Source: Candidatus Nitrospinota bacterium M3_3B_026 (GTDB lineage: Bacteria > Nitrospinota_A > UBA7883 > JBPRGF01). From it: 64,000 nt of DNA. A program made the translations under genes and the position numbers. The stretch is from positions 1-64,000 of the forward strand of contig JBPRGF010000023.1 of the NCBI GenBank assembly GCA_051418015.1, written 5' to 3'. A model generated the notes under the pieces. The model was given only the letters and a program-made list of their open reading frames with translations, was not told where the DNA came from and did not search any database. Of the stretch, positions 18,860 to 29,400 are shown piece after piece. Numbering within the stretch: position 1 is the first letter of the stretch; every line of letters begins with the position of its first letter.

Positions 18860-19504
18860 TCAGATGCCCCTGTCCAGCATCTCCAGGATTCTTTCCCTCT
18901 TGCCCAGGACCTTGCGGGAGTAGCTTTGCCTCAAGACGCCTTTCCGGATGAACCTGTTCAGCCTTGTGGGGCCCAGGTTGTAAGCCTCCAGGGCGAGCCG
19001 CAAGCTTCCGAACCTTTTCCTCATCTTGGCGAGGTAGTAGGAGCCCAGCATCAGGTTCGTATCGAAGTCATAAAGCCACGCTGCGTCCTTGATGCTGATG
19101 TTAAGCTCCCGGGCCAGGGCCCGCGCCACGAAGGGCCTGATCTGCATGATCCCCACGGCGCCTTTCCTGGAAACAGCCCGCTGCCGGAAGCTGCTCTCCG
19201 TTTCGATGACGGCCAGAATAAGGAAGGGGTCGTGGCCGTTCTTTGCGCTGTAGCGAACAACGGCGTCCGCTAAGATGGCGCGCTCATGGGGCGAAAGACC
19301 CCTCGCCCGGGCGTTGATTATCCTGCGAACGCTCTCCAGGATTTTCTGTTTCTCGTTGCGTTTGTGAACATCCCCGTAATCGGAAAGCGGCGCGGCGAGC
19401 TCGGCCCGGGCGGCGGACCGGTTATACGCCAGCAGACAGGTAGATATATGCGTCACAGCGACAGCCGCCGCCACGGCGCAGGCTGTAAATATCCTCATCG
19501 TCAT
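18860..19504 (-). CDS. Lytic transglycosylase (SLT domain)
   Basis: LILAVIETESSF...AVSRKGAVGIMQI, N..LGSYYL, ALEAYNLGP. Confidence 0.92.
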   Translation of the reverse strand: MTMRIFTACAVAAAVAVTHISTCLLAYNRSAARAELAAPLSDYGDVHKRNEKQKILESVRRIINARARGLSPHERAILADAVVRYSAKNGHDPFLILAVIETESSFRQRAVSRKGAVGIMQIRPFVARALARELNISIKDAAWLYDFDTNLMLGSYYLAKMRKRFGSLRLALEAYNLGPTRLNRFIRKGVLRQSYSRKVLGKRERILEMLDRGI

Positions 19505-19772
19505 CTCCTGCCTATAATATATGCCGTTCTCAACGTATCTGATGAATTGGAATGAGATTTGTATCCTGTGGGGATATCACATCATTGTTTTGATGGTAAG
19601 ATGAAGATATATACGCTATGATTCGGCTCCGGGTCAAGCGCTTTTGTCCAGCAGCGGCGAAAGGGCTTATAAATCAGTAATATGTATTTTACGATAAATT
19701 ACTGGAAACCATCCCCCGGCGTCAATGGTTTGGCGCTGATGGAGGCGGCGAATTGAGCCGGGATGAGGCGAG

Positions 19773-22016
19773 ATGATAATCAGGTGCCCGCGCTGCTCGA
19801 AAAAGTACAAGGTTGACGGCGCCTCCCTGCCGGATGATGGGGCGTACTTGCGATGCTCGAATTGCGAGAACATCTTCTACACCCGCAGGAGGACGCCGGA
19901 GGAAATGGAGCGCCTGAGATCGGAGCGCGTCATCGGGACGGAGGAAACCGCGGAGACGGCGCCCAAAGGCCAGTCCGGCGATGAGCTTTCCCATGAGGAT
20001 CCACCGCGCGAAGACAGGCGGAGGCAAAATGAGCCCGAAACCTCCGGCGCAAAAGAGCCCGCCGAATCGGAACAGGAGCAAGCGCCCCAGACCCCCGAGG
20101 CCGCGGCCAGCCAGAGCGAAAACGCAATAGAGAAAAGCGCCGGGAACGAAGATACACGCGAAACCGGACCTGAGACTCCCCATACGCACGAAAGCGCCCC
20201 CGGCCAGGACGATATAGACAGCATCCTCGCCCAGGCGCGGGCCGAGGCCGAGACTGAAGATGAGCCAGCGTCCCCCTCCGGCGCAAAAGAGCCCGCTCCC
20301 GGCGCCGTGGAAGCCTCCGCGTCCGGCGCAGTGTTCGAAACGGAGGTGGAAGAACCGGACAAGGAGGAAAAAGACGCGGGACAGGCCGCCGTGGACGCCG
20401 CTTTTGAACAGGCCAGGGCCGCCGGAGAAGCCCCGGAAGAAACACCGGCGGCGGCTCAGGACGACATAGACGCGTTGCTCGCCGAAGCCCGCAACGACGA
20501 TCCAACCGGCGGCGGAGATGAAAAATCCACGGAGCCCCCGGACAAAGAGGTCGAGAAAGAAACAGAACCCCCTGAAGAGGCCGCGCCAGCGGAGAAAGCC
20601 GCCGAAACGGCCCCGGCGGACCACGAAGCCGAGGAAAAGCCCGGGACGGCAGGGCAAGAGGAAGTGGACGCGCTCCTGGCCGGGGCGAAGCCGGAAGAGA
20701 GCAGCGGCGAAGAGCAAGCGGCCCACGCTCCGGAAACGGCCGGGGAGACGGACGCCGCAGAGCAGGATGACATAGACGCGCTCCTGGCCGAGGCTCGCGG
20801 GGAAGGAGAACACGAACACGAGGAGAAAGAGCCGGTGGCGGACACGGCCGGGAGCTCCGAAAACAGCCAGGACAACATAGACAGCCTGCTCGCCGAAGTC
20901 GGCCAGGCAGAGGAGGAGGCGGGTCTTGAAGAGGTGGATATAGACGAGGGACAGGAAGCGAAAGAAGATGAGGCGGGAGACCTTATATCCCAGGACGACA
21001 TAGACGCGCTCCTGGCCAAGACGGATGGTGAAGAGGAAAAGCTGGAGGACGAACAGGCGGAAAAAGAGCCCGCCGCCGGGGAACCCGCAGAAGAAGCGCG
21101 GGAAGAGGCCGCTCCGGCCGCCGCCGCGGCCATCGAGGACGAGTTGGACCAGCTTCTGGACAGCGGAGAGGATGAGATAGGCGAGGACCTTTTCAAGGAG
21201 GGAGAGGAAGAGTCTTCGGAGGAGGAAGTCATCCATGCGCCTAAAGGTGCCGGCGAAGAAGCAGGAGAGGAGGAGGAAAGAGCGGAAGAAGAGGAAAAAG
21301 AGGAGATGTTGGGAATCCCCGCCGCCGCTCAGGCTCCGGAAGAGGAAGATACGCTCGGAGAGGAGCCTGTCGCCCCCGAGGCCGAGGAGGACCTCACGGA
21401 AAAGCTCCCCCCGCCATCGTTCGCCGCGGACATTATCGAGAGGATAAAGGGTCTCGCCGGCAGGGCGGCCCACGCGATCCCGGCGCTCCCGGCCGTGTCC
21501 CCCAGGGTGAAAACGGCCGCCATCGGAGCCGCTGCCGTCGTCGCGCTGGCGGCTTCGGGAGGGGGGTACTGGTTTTTCTACGGCGGGCCGGAAATGATGA
21601 CGGCGGAAAAGACGGCTGAGGCGCCAGCGGCCGGCGAGGCAAAAAAGGCGGCGGAAAGGCCCGCGCCACAAAAATCGGCCGTCGAAGACCTCGTCGCGGA
21701 CACGAGTGGAGAGCCGGTGTTGCCGCTGGGGATATACCTGCCCGTGGAGTTCGACAGGGAGGCAACCAGGATAATGAATGTCGACGTGGAGCTTGTCTTC
21801 GAATCACTCGACCTTAAGGAGGCGTTCGCGAAACGCAAGTTCTACGCCGCCGTAACAGTGGAAGAGGCCATTGGATCCTTCTTCGAGAACAAATTCTACG
21901 AGGACACCATCTTCGTCCAGGAAAAACTCGAGGACCACCTAAACAATACCCTGAAGTCCAACCAGAAGTTCGCGGGTCTTGAAAAGGCCGTCCTCGTCGA
22001 GATGACGTTCGAGTAG
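19773..22016 (+). CDS. Zinc-ribbon (MJ0042-like) protein with long acidic repeat region, single TM and FliL-like C-terminal domain
   Basis: MIIRCPRCSKKYKV...LRCSNCENIF; repeated QDDIDALLA motifs; TM AAIGAAAVVALAASGGGYWFFYG; about 100 aa folded C-terminus. The FliL resemblance is judged by eye. Confidence 0.75.
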   Translation: MIIRCPRCSKKYKVDGASLPDDGAYLRCSNCENIFYTRRRTPEEMERLRSERVIGTEETAETAPKGQSGDELSHEDPPREDRRRQNEPETSGAKEPAESEQEQAPQTPEAAASQSENAIEKSAGNEDTRETGPETPHTHESAPGQDDIDSILAQARAEAETEDEPASPSGAKEPAPGAVEASASGAVFETEVEEPDKEEKDAGQAAVDAAFEQARAAGEAPEETPAAAQDDIDALLAEARNDDPTGGGDEKSTEPPDKEVEKETEPPEEAAPAEKAAETAPADHEAEEKPGTAGQEEVDALLAGAKPEESSGEEQAAHAPETAGETDAAEQDDIDALLAEARGEGEHEHEEKEPVADTAGSSENSQDNIDSLLAEVGQAEEEAGLEEVDIDEGQEAKEDEAGDLISQDDIDALLAKTDGEEEKLEDEQAEKEPAAGEPAEEAREEAAPAAAAAIEDELDQLLDSGEDEIGEDLFKEGEEESSEEEVIHAPKGAGEEAGEEEERAEEEEKEEMLGIPAAAQAPEEEDTLGEEPVAPEAEEDLTEKLPPPSFAADIIERIKGLAGRAAHAIPALPAVSPRVKTAAIGAAAVVALAASGGGYWFFYGGPEMMTAEKTAEAPAAGEAKKAAERPAPQKSAVEDLVADTSGEPVLPLGIYLPVEFDREATRIMNVDVELVFESLDLKEAFAKRKFYAAVTVEEAIGSFFENKFYEDTIFVQEKLEDHLNNTLKSNQKFAGLEKAVLVEMTFE

Positions 22017-22133
22017 CGGATCATCTCCCCGCCTTCCCCGCTATACAAGGCCGGAAAAATTTTCTACAATTCCATTATCGGCGGCCGGTTTTTTCAAAGC
22101 CGCGCCATGACAATATTCCGGAGACATAAAGCC

Positions 22134-22664
22134 ATGTTTTCAACGAGGATTCCGACGACGCCGCGCTGGCTCATGGTTCTCGCCCTGCTGCCGCTGACCT
22201 TTCCTTCGCTCTCCCACGCAAGCGCGGGAGAACACCCCAAGGAACATCCAAAAGGGGACGCGCGCGAAAACGGAGCTGTGACCAAGGAGGATCTCGCAAA
22301 GGCCGTCGAAGACTACGTGAAAAAAACGGCGGCCAAAAAAGGCGGCCACTTCACGGTCTATGACGGGAAAGAGAACAAGAAACTCTCCCTCACGCTGACG
22401 CGGGTCCACAAGGACCGTCTCTCCAGGGTGGGGCCAGGTACCTATTTCGCCTGCGCCGACTTCGTGGCCGAAAACGGCGATACGTACGACCTGGACATCT
22501 TCATGAAAGGCGAAAACGCGGAGAGCCTCGAGGCCACGGACGTCACCATCCACAAGAAAAACGGCGCGGAGCGTTACACCTGGAGCGAGGAGGACGGCGT
22601 CTGGGTAAAGAAAACGTCCGGAAGCGGCGGTGAGCATCCGACGGAGCATCCCCTGGGCAGGTAG
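22134..22664 (+). CDS. Secreted hypothetical protein with terminal EHPxEHP motifs
   Basis: Signal peptide ending ASA; GEHPKEHP at mature N-terminus, GEHPTEHP at C-terminus; YFACADF, YDLDIF core; start uncertain (22107 or 22134). Confidence 0.7.
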   Translation: MFSTRIPTTPRWLMVLALLPLTFPSLSHASAGEHPKEHPKGDARENGAVTKEDLAKAVEDYVKKTAAKKGGHFTVYDGKENKKLSLTLTRVHKDRLSRVGPGTYFACADFVAENGDTYDLDIFMKGENAESLEATDVTIHKKNGAERYTWSEEDGVWVKKTSGSGGEHPTEHPLGR

Positions 22665-22788
22665 GCTTTAAAAAAACCGCGGCGGCGCGCCTCCATCGCA
22701 TCGCCCCGGCCGGCTGTATACCTCGCCCGGAATCCTGTATACTTACCTCCCGGGCCGTATGGCAAGAACAGAACGTCAAGGGAGGAGA

Positions 22789-24237
22789 ATGGAGTACGAG
22801 ACTGTAATAGGGCTGGAGACACACGTCCAGCTCTCCACGAAATCAAAAATCTTCTGCTCCTGCGGCGCGGAGTTCGGCGCGGAGCCAAACGCGAACACCT
22901 GCCCCGTATGCCTGGGAATGCCGGGGGCGCTGCCGGTGTTGAACCGGGAGGTATTGCGCCGGGCGGTGATGGTCGGGCTGGCCATGGACTCTACAATCGC
23001 CCCTGTCAGCCAGTTCGCCAGGAAAAACTATTTTTACCCCGACCTTCCCAAGGGATACCAGATATCCCAGTACAACAGGCCGATAATCCACGGCGGCCAC
23101 GTGGATATCCTCGTCGACGGCTCGACGAAGAGAATCGGCCTGACGAGGATACACATCGAGGAGGACGCCGGAAAACTGATCCACGGCGAGAACCTCGGCC
23201 ACCCGGAGGCGAGCTACGTCGACCTGAACAGAACGGGAGTGCCGCTGCTTGAGATAGTGACGGAGCCGGACATACGCTCCTCCGAGGAGGCCAAAAAGTA
23301 CCTGGAGAAACTCAAGACCATCCTGATGTACATGGACGTGTCCGACTGCAACATGGAGGAGGGCTCCCTGCGCTGCGACGCAAACATCTCCGTCCGGCCG
23401 AAAGGCTCCACGGAGTTCGGGACAAGGACGGAGCTGAAGAACATGAACTCCTTCCGGTTTCTCCAGAAGGCGCTGGAATACGAGATCACCCGCCAGATAC
23501 AGGTTCTGGAAGACGGCGGCAGGGTCGTCCAGGAGACGAGGCTCTACGACCCGGATAAAAACGTCACCATCTCCATGCGGGGCAAGGAAGAGGCCCACGA
23601 TTACCGGTACTTCCCCGACCCCGATCTCGTCCTGGCCGAGGTATCCGGTGATCTGATAGACGAGATAAGGTCCGCCCTGCCGGAGCTGCCGGACGCCAAA
23701 CGGGAGCGGTTCGAACGCGACTATGGCCTGCCCGCCTACGACGCGGAGGTGCTGACCGCCTCACGCCCCGTGGCGGACTATTTCGAGGAGGCGGCTGGCA
23801 AGGCGAAGGACGCCAAGGCCGTCTCCAACTGGGTCATGGGCGACGTGCTGCGGCTGCTGAAGGAAAAGGGCGCCACGCCCGCCGATCTCGCCGTCAAGCC
23901 CGTGATGCTCGCGGAGATGATAAACCTCATCGGCGAGGGCGTCATCAGCGGCAAGATAGCAAAAACCGTTTTCGAAGAGATGACAGCGACGGGACAGGAC
24001 CCGAAGACGATCATCGAGAAAAAAGGCCTCGTCCAGATCAGCGACGAATCCGCCATCGAGACCGAGGTGGAGAAGGTCCTGGCGGCCAACCCGGAGCAGG
24101 TGGAGCAGTACAGGGGCGGCAAGGAGAAGGTGATCGGCTTTTTCGTCGGCCAGATCATGCGCGCCACGAAGGGCAAGGCCAACCCCGGCGTGGTCAACAA
24201 ACTGCTGAAAGACAAGCTTGGGCCACCGGGAAGCTGA
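22789..24237 (+). CDS. gatB: Asp-tRNA(Asn)/Glu-tRNA(Gln) amidotransferase subunit B
   Basis: [65 protein letters not shown]. Confidence 0.98.
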   Translation: MEYETVIGLETHVQLSTKSKIFCSCGAEFGAEPNANTCPVCLGMPGALPVLNREVLRRAVMVGLAMDSTIAPVSQFARKNYFYPDLPKGYQISQYNRPIIHGGHVDILVDGSTKRIGLTRIHIEEDAGKLIHGENLGHPEASYVDLNRTGVPLLEIVTEPDIRSSEEAKKYLEKLKTILMYMDVSDCNMEEGSLRCDANISVRPKGSTEFGTRTELKNMNSFRFLQKALEYEITRQIQVLEDGGRVVQETRLYDPDKNVTISMRGKEEAHDYRYFPDPDLVLAEVSGDLIDEIRSALPELPDAKRERFERDYGLPAYDAEVLTASRPVADYFEEAAGKAKDAKAVSNWVMGDVLRLLKEKGATPADLAVKPVMLAEMINLIGEGVISGKIAKTVFEEMTATGQDPKTIIEKKGLVQISDESAIETEVEKVLAANPEQVEQYRGGKEKVIGFFVGQIMRATKGKANPGVVNKLLKDKLGPPGS

Positions 24238-25117
24238 AACCGCGAAAACCGGCCGGGTGACGGCCCATCACGGCGCCAGGGTGAGAATCGACACCGCCGC
24301 CGGGATGATCGAATGGAAGCCCCCCAGGCGCGAGGTCTGGGTGGTGGGCGATTACGTCGTCTTCGAAAAGGGGCGGCCAAAGACGATCGCGCCGAGGAAA
24401 AACGAACTCGCCCGCTCAGGCTTCGGCGGGACGAGGCAGGTGCTCGCCGCCAACCTCGACCAGATGGTCATAGTCACCTCCTGCGACGCGAATTACCGGC
24501 CGGGGCTTGTGGACAGGTTCGCGGTGATCGCCGGGCACGAGGGGATGGCGGCCATCATCGTCCTGAACAAGGTGGACCTTCCCGGGGCCGAAGGCTACGT
24601 CGAACAGGCCCGCGCCTACGAGAAGCTGGGCCTGCGCCTGTTGCTCGCCAGCGCCCTGACCGGCGAGGGGCTGGAGGAGCTGAAAGAGGCGCTGAAAGAA
24701 AAAACATCCGCCATGGTGGGCCACTCCGGCGTGGGCAAGACGTCGCTTTTGAACGCGCTGATCCCCGGCCTCGACCGGCCCGTGGGAGATGTCGACGAAG
24801 AGACGGCCAGGGGCAGGCACATCACCACGGTCTCCCTGTTGGCGCCGCTGCCGGAGGGCGGGTTCATCATAGACTCGCCGGGCATCCGCCAACTCGTCCC
24901 CTCGGAGATAACGCCAGAGGACGTCGCCCGCCATTTCCCGGGGCTTCAGGAATACATCGGCGGCTGCAGGTTCCGCGACTGCCTGCATATCGCCGAACCC
25001 GGCTGCGCCGTCCGAGAGGCGGTGGAAAATGGCGCCATCGGCGAAAAGCCTTACGCGAGCTACAGGCGGCTTCTCGAATCGCTGAAGGAGAACACTAGCC
25101 CGCGGCGACGAAAGTAG
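24218..25117 (+). CDS. rsgA: Ribosome small subunit-dependent GTPase A
   Basis: Circularly permuted GTPase: [24 protein letters not shown]-terminal [12 protein letters not shown] zinc finger. Confidence 0.95.
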   Translation: MGHREAETAKTGRVTAHHGARVRIDTAAGMIEWKPPRREVWVVGDYVVFEKGRPKTIAPRKNELARSGFGGTRQVLAANLDQMVIVTSCDANYRPGLVDRFAVIAGHEGMAAIIVLNKVDLPGAEGYVEQARAYEKLGLRLLLASALTGEGLEELKEALKEKTSAMVGHSGVGKTSLLNALIPGLDRPVGDVDEETARGRHITTVSLLAPLPEGGFIIDSPGIRQLVPSEITPEDVARHFPGLQEYIGGCRFRDCLHIAEPGCAVREAVENGAIGEKPYASYRRLLESLKENTSPRRRK

Positions 25118-25317
25118 AAAACCAGAAAAAACACGACACCAGGCCGCGGATCGCGAACAACTGTTCCCCTTGGGGAAAATTCCGGAACAAAGCGTCCCGC
25201 GCGGCGTTCCACGGAACCGTCTGTTTCATGGGCAGGGTCGCCGGGAAAGATCGCCGGAAACACCCTTGTTCCATGCAGCCCCATGAAAACACAGCAGTTA
25301 TACGATCCGGGCTTTTC

Positions 25318-25333
25318 AGGCGCCATCCTTGCT
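25318..25333 (+). promoter_or_regulatory. sigma54 (-24/-12) promoter upstream of nirK
   Basis: AGGCGCCATCCTTGCT: GG-N10-GC with TTGCT; palindromes GAACAACTGTTC (25155-25166) and GTTCCACGGAAC (25206-25217) upstream. Confidence 0.6.
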
Positions 25334-25389
25334 CATGTCCGGCGACGGGTGGGGGGATGAACACTATCACCCTGCATAGGAGGACACAC

Positions 25390-26355
25390 ATGAGCAAGGG
25401 AAGAATTTTATTTATGCGCGTGACGGCAGCGGTTCTGGGAGCCGCCGCCGCGCTGGTTTTCGCCGCCCCGGCCGCCCGGGCCGAGACGGTGGAGGTCACC
25501 ATCCACGCCATCGAGAAAGACGTTGTCATCGACGGCAAGGGGACGAAGTATCCGGCATGGACGTTCGGCGGCTCCGTGCCAGGCCCGGTGGTCAGGGTCA
25601 CGGAGGGGGACGTCGTGGATTTCACCTTGGTGAACGAAAAGGGCAACAACCAGAGCCACTCCATGGACTTTCACGCCGCCGTCGTGGACGTTCTGGACGA
25701 GTTCGAGCCCGTCAAGCCAGGCGAGTCCAAGAAGTTCAGGTTCGAGGCGAAGTATCCCGGCGTGTTCATGTATCACTGCGGCGCTTCCAACATGGCCCAG
25801 CACATAGCGCGAGGCATGTTCGGGATAATCATAGTGGACACGAAGGAGGGATACAGCGAAGTCTACCCGAAACCGGACCGCGAGTACGTCCTCATACAGT
25901 CACAGTACTTCCCCAACGAGGGAGACGCCATGGCCATGGTCAGAAACGAGGGGTGGACCAACTCGCTGATCAACGGAAAGATTTTTCATTACGACCCGCT
26001 CCACGGCGACGGCGCGCCCGAGCCGCTGGTTGCAAAGCCCGGCGAGCTTGTCAGGATTTTTTTCGTGAACGCCAACATCAACGAGCCCGTCGCCCTGCAC
26101 CCCATAGCGGGGATATGGGAGAGGGTTTATCCCAACGGCAACCCCAAAAACGTTCTGTACGGGATGCAGACGTATAACGTCGCTGTGTCGGAAGCCTCGA
26201 CCTTCGACATCATCTCACCAGCGGACAGACCGACGAACAACGCCATAGTGGACCACACCATGTCCGCGGCGCTTCGCGGGGCCATAACTGTTCTCATGAA
26301 CACGCCCGACGCGGACCCGGAGATGGGAAAAGGCGGGAACATCCTGCCACGCTGA
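25390..26355 (+). CDS. nirK: Copper-containing nitrite reductase (Nitrospira/Nitrospina-type)
   Basis: Signal peptide; HSMDFH, YHC......HIARGM type-1 Cu ligands, HPIAG, VDH type-2 Cu His; ATG 25390 after AGGAGG. Confidence 0.92.
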   Translation: MSKGRILFMRVTAAVLGAAAALVFAAPAARAETVEVTIHAIEKDVVIDGKGTKYPAWTFGGSVPGPVVRVTEGDVVDFTLVNEKGNNQSHSMDFHAAVVDVLDEFEPVKPGESKKFRFEAKYPGVFMYHCGASNMAQHIARGMFGIIIVDTKEGYSEVYPKPDREYVLIQSQYFPNEGDAMAMVRNEGWTNSLINGKIFHYDPLHGDGAPEPLVAKPGELVRIFFVNANINEPVALHPIAGIWERVYPNGNPKNVLYGMQTYNVAVSEASTFDIISPADRPTNNAIVDHTMSAALRGAITVLMNTPDADPEMGKGGNILPR

Positions 26356-26364
26356 ACCAGGCGG

Positions 26365-26410
26365 CGGGGGGAGGTTTTTTCAAGCCTCTCCCCCGTCATG
26401 TTTTTTTCTT
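26365..26410. terminator. Probable terminator between convergent nirK and malQ-treY
   Basis: CGGGGGGAGG...CCTCTCCCCCG hairpin followed by a T tract on + strand. Confidence 0.55.
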
Positions 26411-29400
26411 TCCATCCGCATCCCCCCGGAGCAGCGCGACGGGCAGGCTTTTGAAAACCGCCGGGACGGCCAGTGACGGCTCTCCCCACATCTCTTCCAC
26501 TGCGAGAGGCTCGCCAGTCAGAGCGTTCACAAGGTTTCCCACGCCAAGATCGGCCGGCAGCCTGATCCATGTCCCCTCCCAGGCGGCCTGGCCAACGGGC
26601 GGGTCCGGCAGGGACGCGAAAAACCGCCCCACCGCGGCGATGGCCACGGAGCCGCCGAGCCTCCGGGCGAAGGCGATCAGGCGCCCTTCCCCCTCCCCTT
26701 CCACGGCCAGGGGGATGTACTCGCCATCCTTGAAAAGATCGTAAAAATCCCTTCGCAGGGAAAGCGCCCTGAATGTGATGTACATTTTCGCCCCCCCGTC
26801 CTCGACGGCGTCCAGCAGGCCGAGGACTTCACCCGCAAGGGCGTCCGCTGGCAAGGCGGCGATCCCCTTGATCCGCTCCAGCATGGCGCGCCTTTTCCCG
26901 TAATCCACGAGCCCGCGGTTGTCCGGGTCCACCAGCGCCAGGTTCCATAGCTCGCAACCCTGGTAGATGTCCGGCGTCCCCGGCGCGGTCAGTTTCAACA
27001 GTGTCTGGGACAGGCTGTTGAAAAAGCCGAGGCGCGACACCCGGCGCTGGAAAGGGAGAAACTCCCTCAGAAAAGGGTTTTTATCCTCCGGCGCCAGGGC
27101 GGCGTCGATGAAGCTCTCCAGCGCCGCCTCGTACTCGGCGCTCGGGTTCGCCCACGAGGTGGCCGTCTTCGCCTCGCGGGCGGCTTTCAGCATATAGCCT
27201 TTCATCCGCTCCCGGAGAGAGGCCAACCTCTTCTCGTCCGCCTCCCCCGGCGGCCACGCGCCGAGCAGGGCCTGGTAGAACAGATACTCATCGTCGGCCG
27301 AGGGGGCGGGCCGTCCGTCCAGCCTCGTTTTCTTCGCCCGGTTCAGCCTTTTGAACCGCGTCAACGCCCTGCCCCACTCTTCCGGCGTCTCCGACAGGAC
27401 GTTTATCCTCGCCCTCGCGTCTTCGCCCCTCTTGGTATCGTGGCTGGACAAAAGCGACAGCGCATGGGGCCAGCTCCGGGCCCGCTCCTGCATCGCCCGG
27501 TGGAAAGAGGCCGGAGAGGACCCTAAGCGCCCGGGGTCCGCCCCCACCTCGTTCAGCGAAACCAGGCGGTTATACCTGTAAAAAGCCGTGTCCTCCACCC
27601 CTTTGGCCATCACCGGCGCGGTGTACTGCTGGAAACGCATGGCGAAGCGGACGGCGCTCTTTTTGTATTCATCCCCAGCGCCCTCGGGCAGGTTCAGCAG
27701 GAGGGTGTCGCGGATGAAGCCGTAGACCGTCGCGTCGGCGCCGGGGTTCCTTTTCACCGCCTGGGCCGCGGCCCAGTCCACGTAGCTTTTGTCGCTGTCC
27801 GAGGCGCCATCCTCCGTTACGTATGTCCGGTACACGGGAAAACAGGCCACAAGCTCCGCCAGGGCGTCCCGCAGGCCGTTGAGAGTAAAATCCCTCGTCT
27901 TCCAGTCCATCTCCGACAGCCGGCTGAGCTGGTTGGCCAACACGTTCAGCTCGCTCGCCATGCTCATGCGCATGACGGTCTTCTTGCTCTGGTAAATCAC
28001 TTCCTCCAGGGCGCGCTTTTCGCCGGTGAACCTGTTGTACACGCGGCTAAGGGCCTTCTCCGAGGCGGGGTCCACGAAAAGGCCGTTCAGGGCGCAGGCG
28101 AATTCATATCCCGTGGTCCCGTGTATGGGCCAGTCCTCCGGCAGCCGCTCGTAGGAGGCCAGTATCTTCTCTACCACAAGGTAGACGGGCATGACCTCCT
28201 CCCGCCCGCCGGTCCGGCCCTCCGTCAGCGCCGCGGCGGCCTTGCCCAGCAGCAGCCGCAGGTATCCAAGCGGATCATAAAGCCCGTCGGGGTGGTCTAT
28301 ACGAAGACCGTGGACGCCACCCGAGCGGACAAACTCCAGCATCAGGCCATGGGTGGCGTCGAAGACTTTTTCGTTCTCCGTCCTCAGGCCCGCCAGGTCG
28401 TTAATGTCAAAAAAGCGCCTGTAGTTTATCTCGTCCGCCGCCACCCTCCAGTAAGCGAGACGCCAGGCCTGCGCCTCCAGCAGATGGTGCAACCCCCTGA
28501 AGCTGTCCGGCTCCCCCGGATTGCCGTTCAGCTCGGCGACGCTCTCCTCCACGTGGGCGCGTATCTCCGGCGAGGAGGCGGCGAGCCCCGCGAGGCGCTT
28601 CTTGTGTATCTCCTTGTCCCGGCTTCTCTCATCCCTCATCCTCCGGCCCGACGCGGAGCGGTCAGGCAGCTTGGAAAGGGCCGTGACAAGGCTCTGGAAC
28701 TGCTCCAGCAGGCCGCTGTCCTCCCCCAGGCGGGCGGCAAGGGTTTCCATCCGGCGATAGAGTATCCTCGGATACTCCCGCGGGTCTATGGGGAACCTGT
28801 GCTCATGGTAAAAGACACTGAACGACCCCTCCTCCGCGTCGAAGACCAGCTTCAGGGCCCCCTTCTCGAGCAAAGCCCCGTAATGCTCCGCCAATACAGG
28901 AACAAGTATCTTGCCGCGCAACTCCTGCTTGACGGGGCTCCAGTCTATGTCGAAAAAATCGGCGTAAAGCGACGCCTGGCCGTTCTCCAGCGTGTCAAGC
29001 CACCATGCGTTGTCGGCGCCCATAACGCCCATGTGGTTCGGCACGATGTCGAGGATCAACCCCATGCCGCGCTCCTCCAGCGCGTCCGCCAGGCGGCTGA
29101 AATCCTCGCGGGACCCGATCTCCGGATTCAGCGAGTCATGGTCGACCACGTCGTAGCCATGGGCGCTGCCGGGCCTCGCCTTGAGAACGGGTGACATGTA
29201 GACATGGCTTGCTCCAAGGCTGTCGAGATACGGCAAAAGCTCCGCCGCGCTGGCAAAGGTGAAATCGCGGCTCATCTGGAGCCGGTACACAGCGCGGGGT
29301 ATGACGGCCTTCGGCGGCTCGGGCGCAGGGCGCGGCTTCCTCCCCTCCCGGACGAACATGGCGGCTGTCTGGGCCGTCCGCTCATCATCCGGGAAATCCT

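Noticed and set aside
20205..21160. Spaced DNA repeats (GACATAGACGCG...) as a CRISPR array
   Set aside because: Repeats are in-frame, degenerate at codon third positions, spaced over 100 bp irregularly, and no cas genes are present
22789..24237. gatB without adjacent gatC/gatA
   Set aside because: Split gatCAB arrangements are common; not informative
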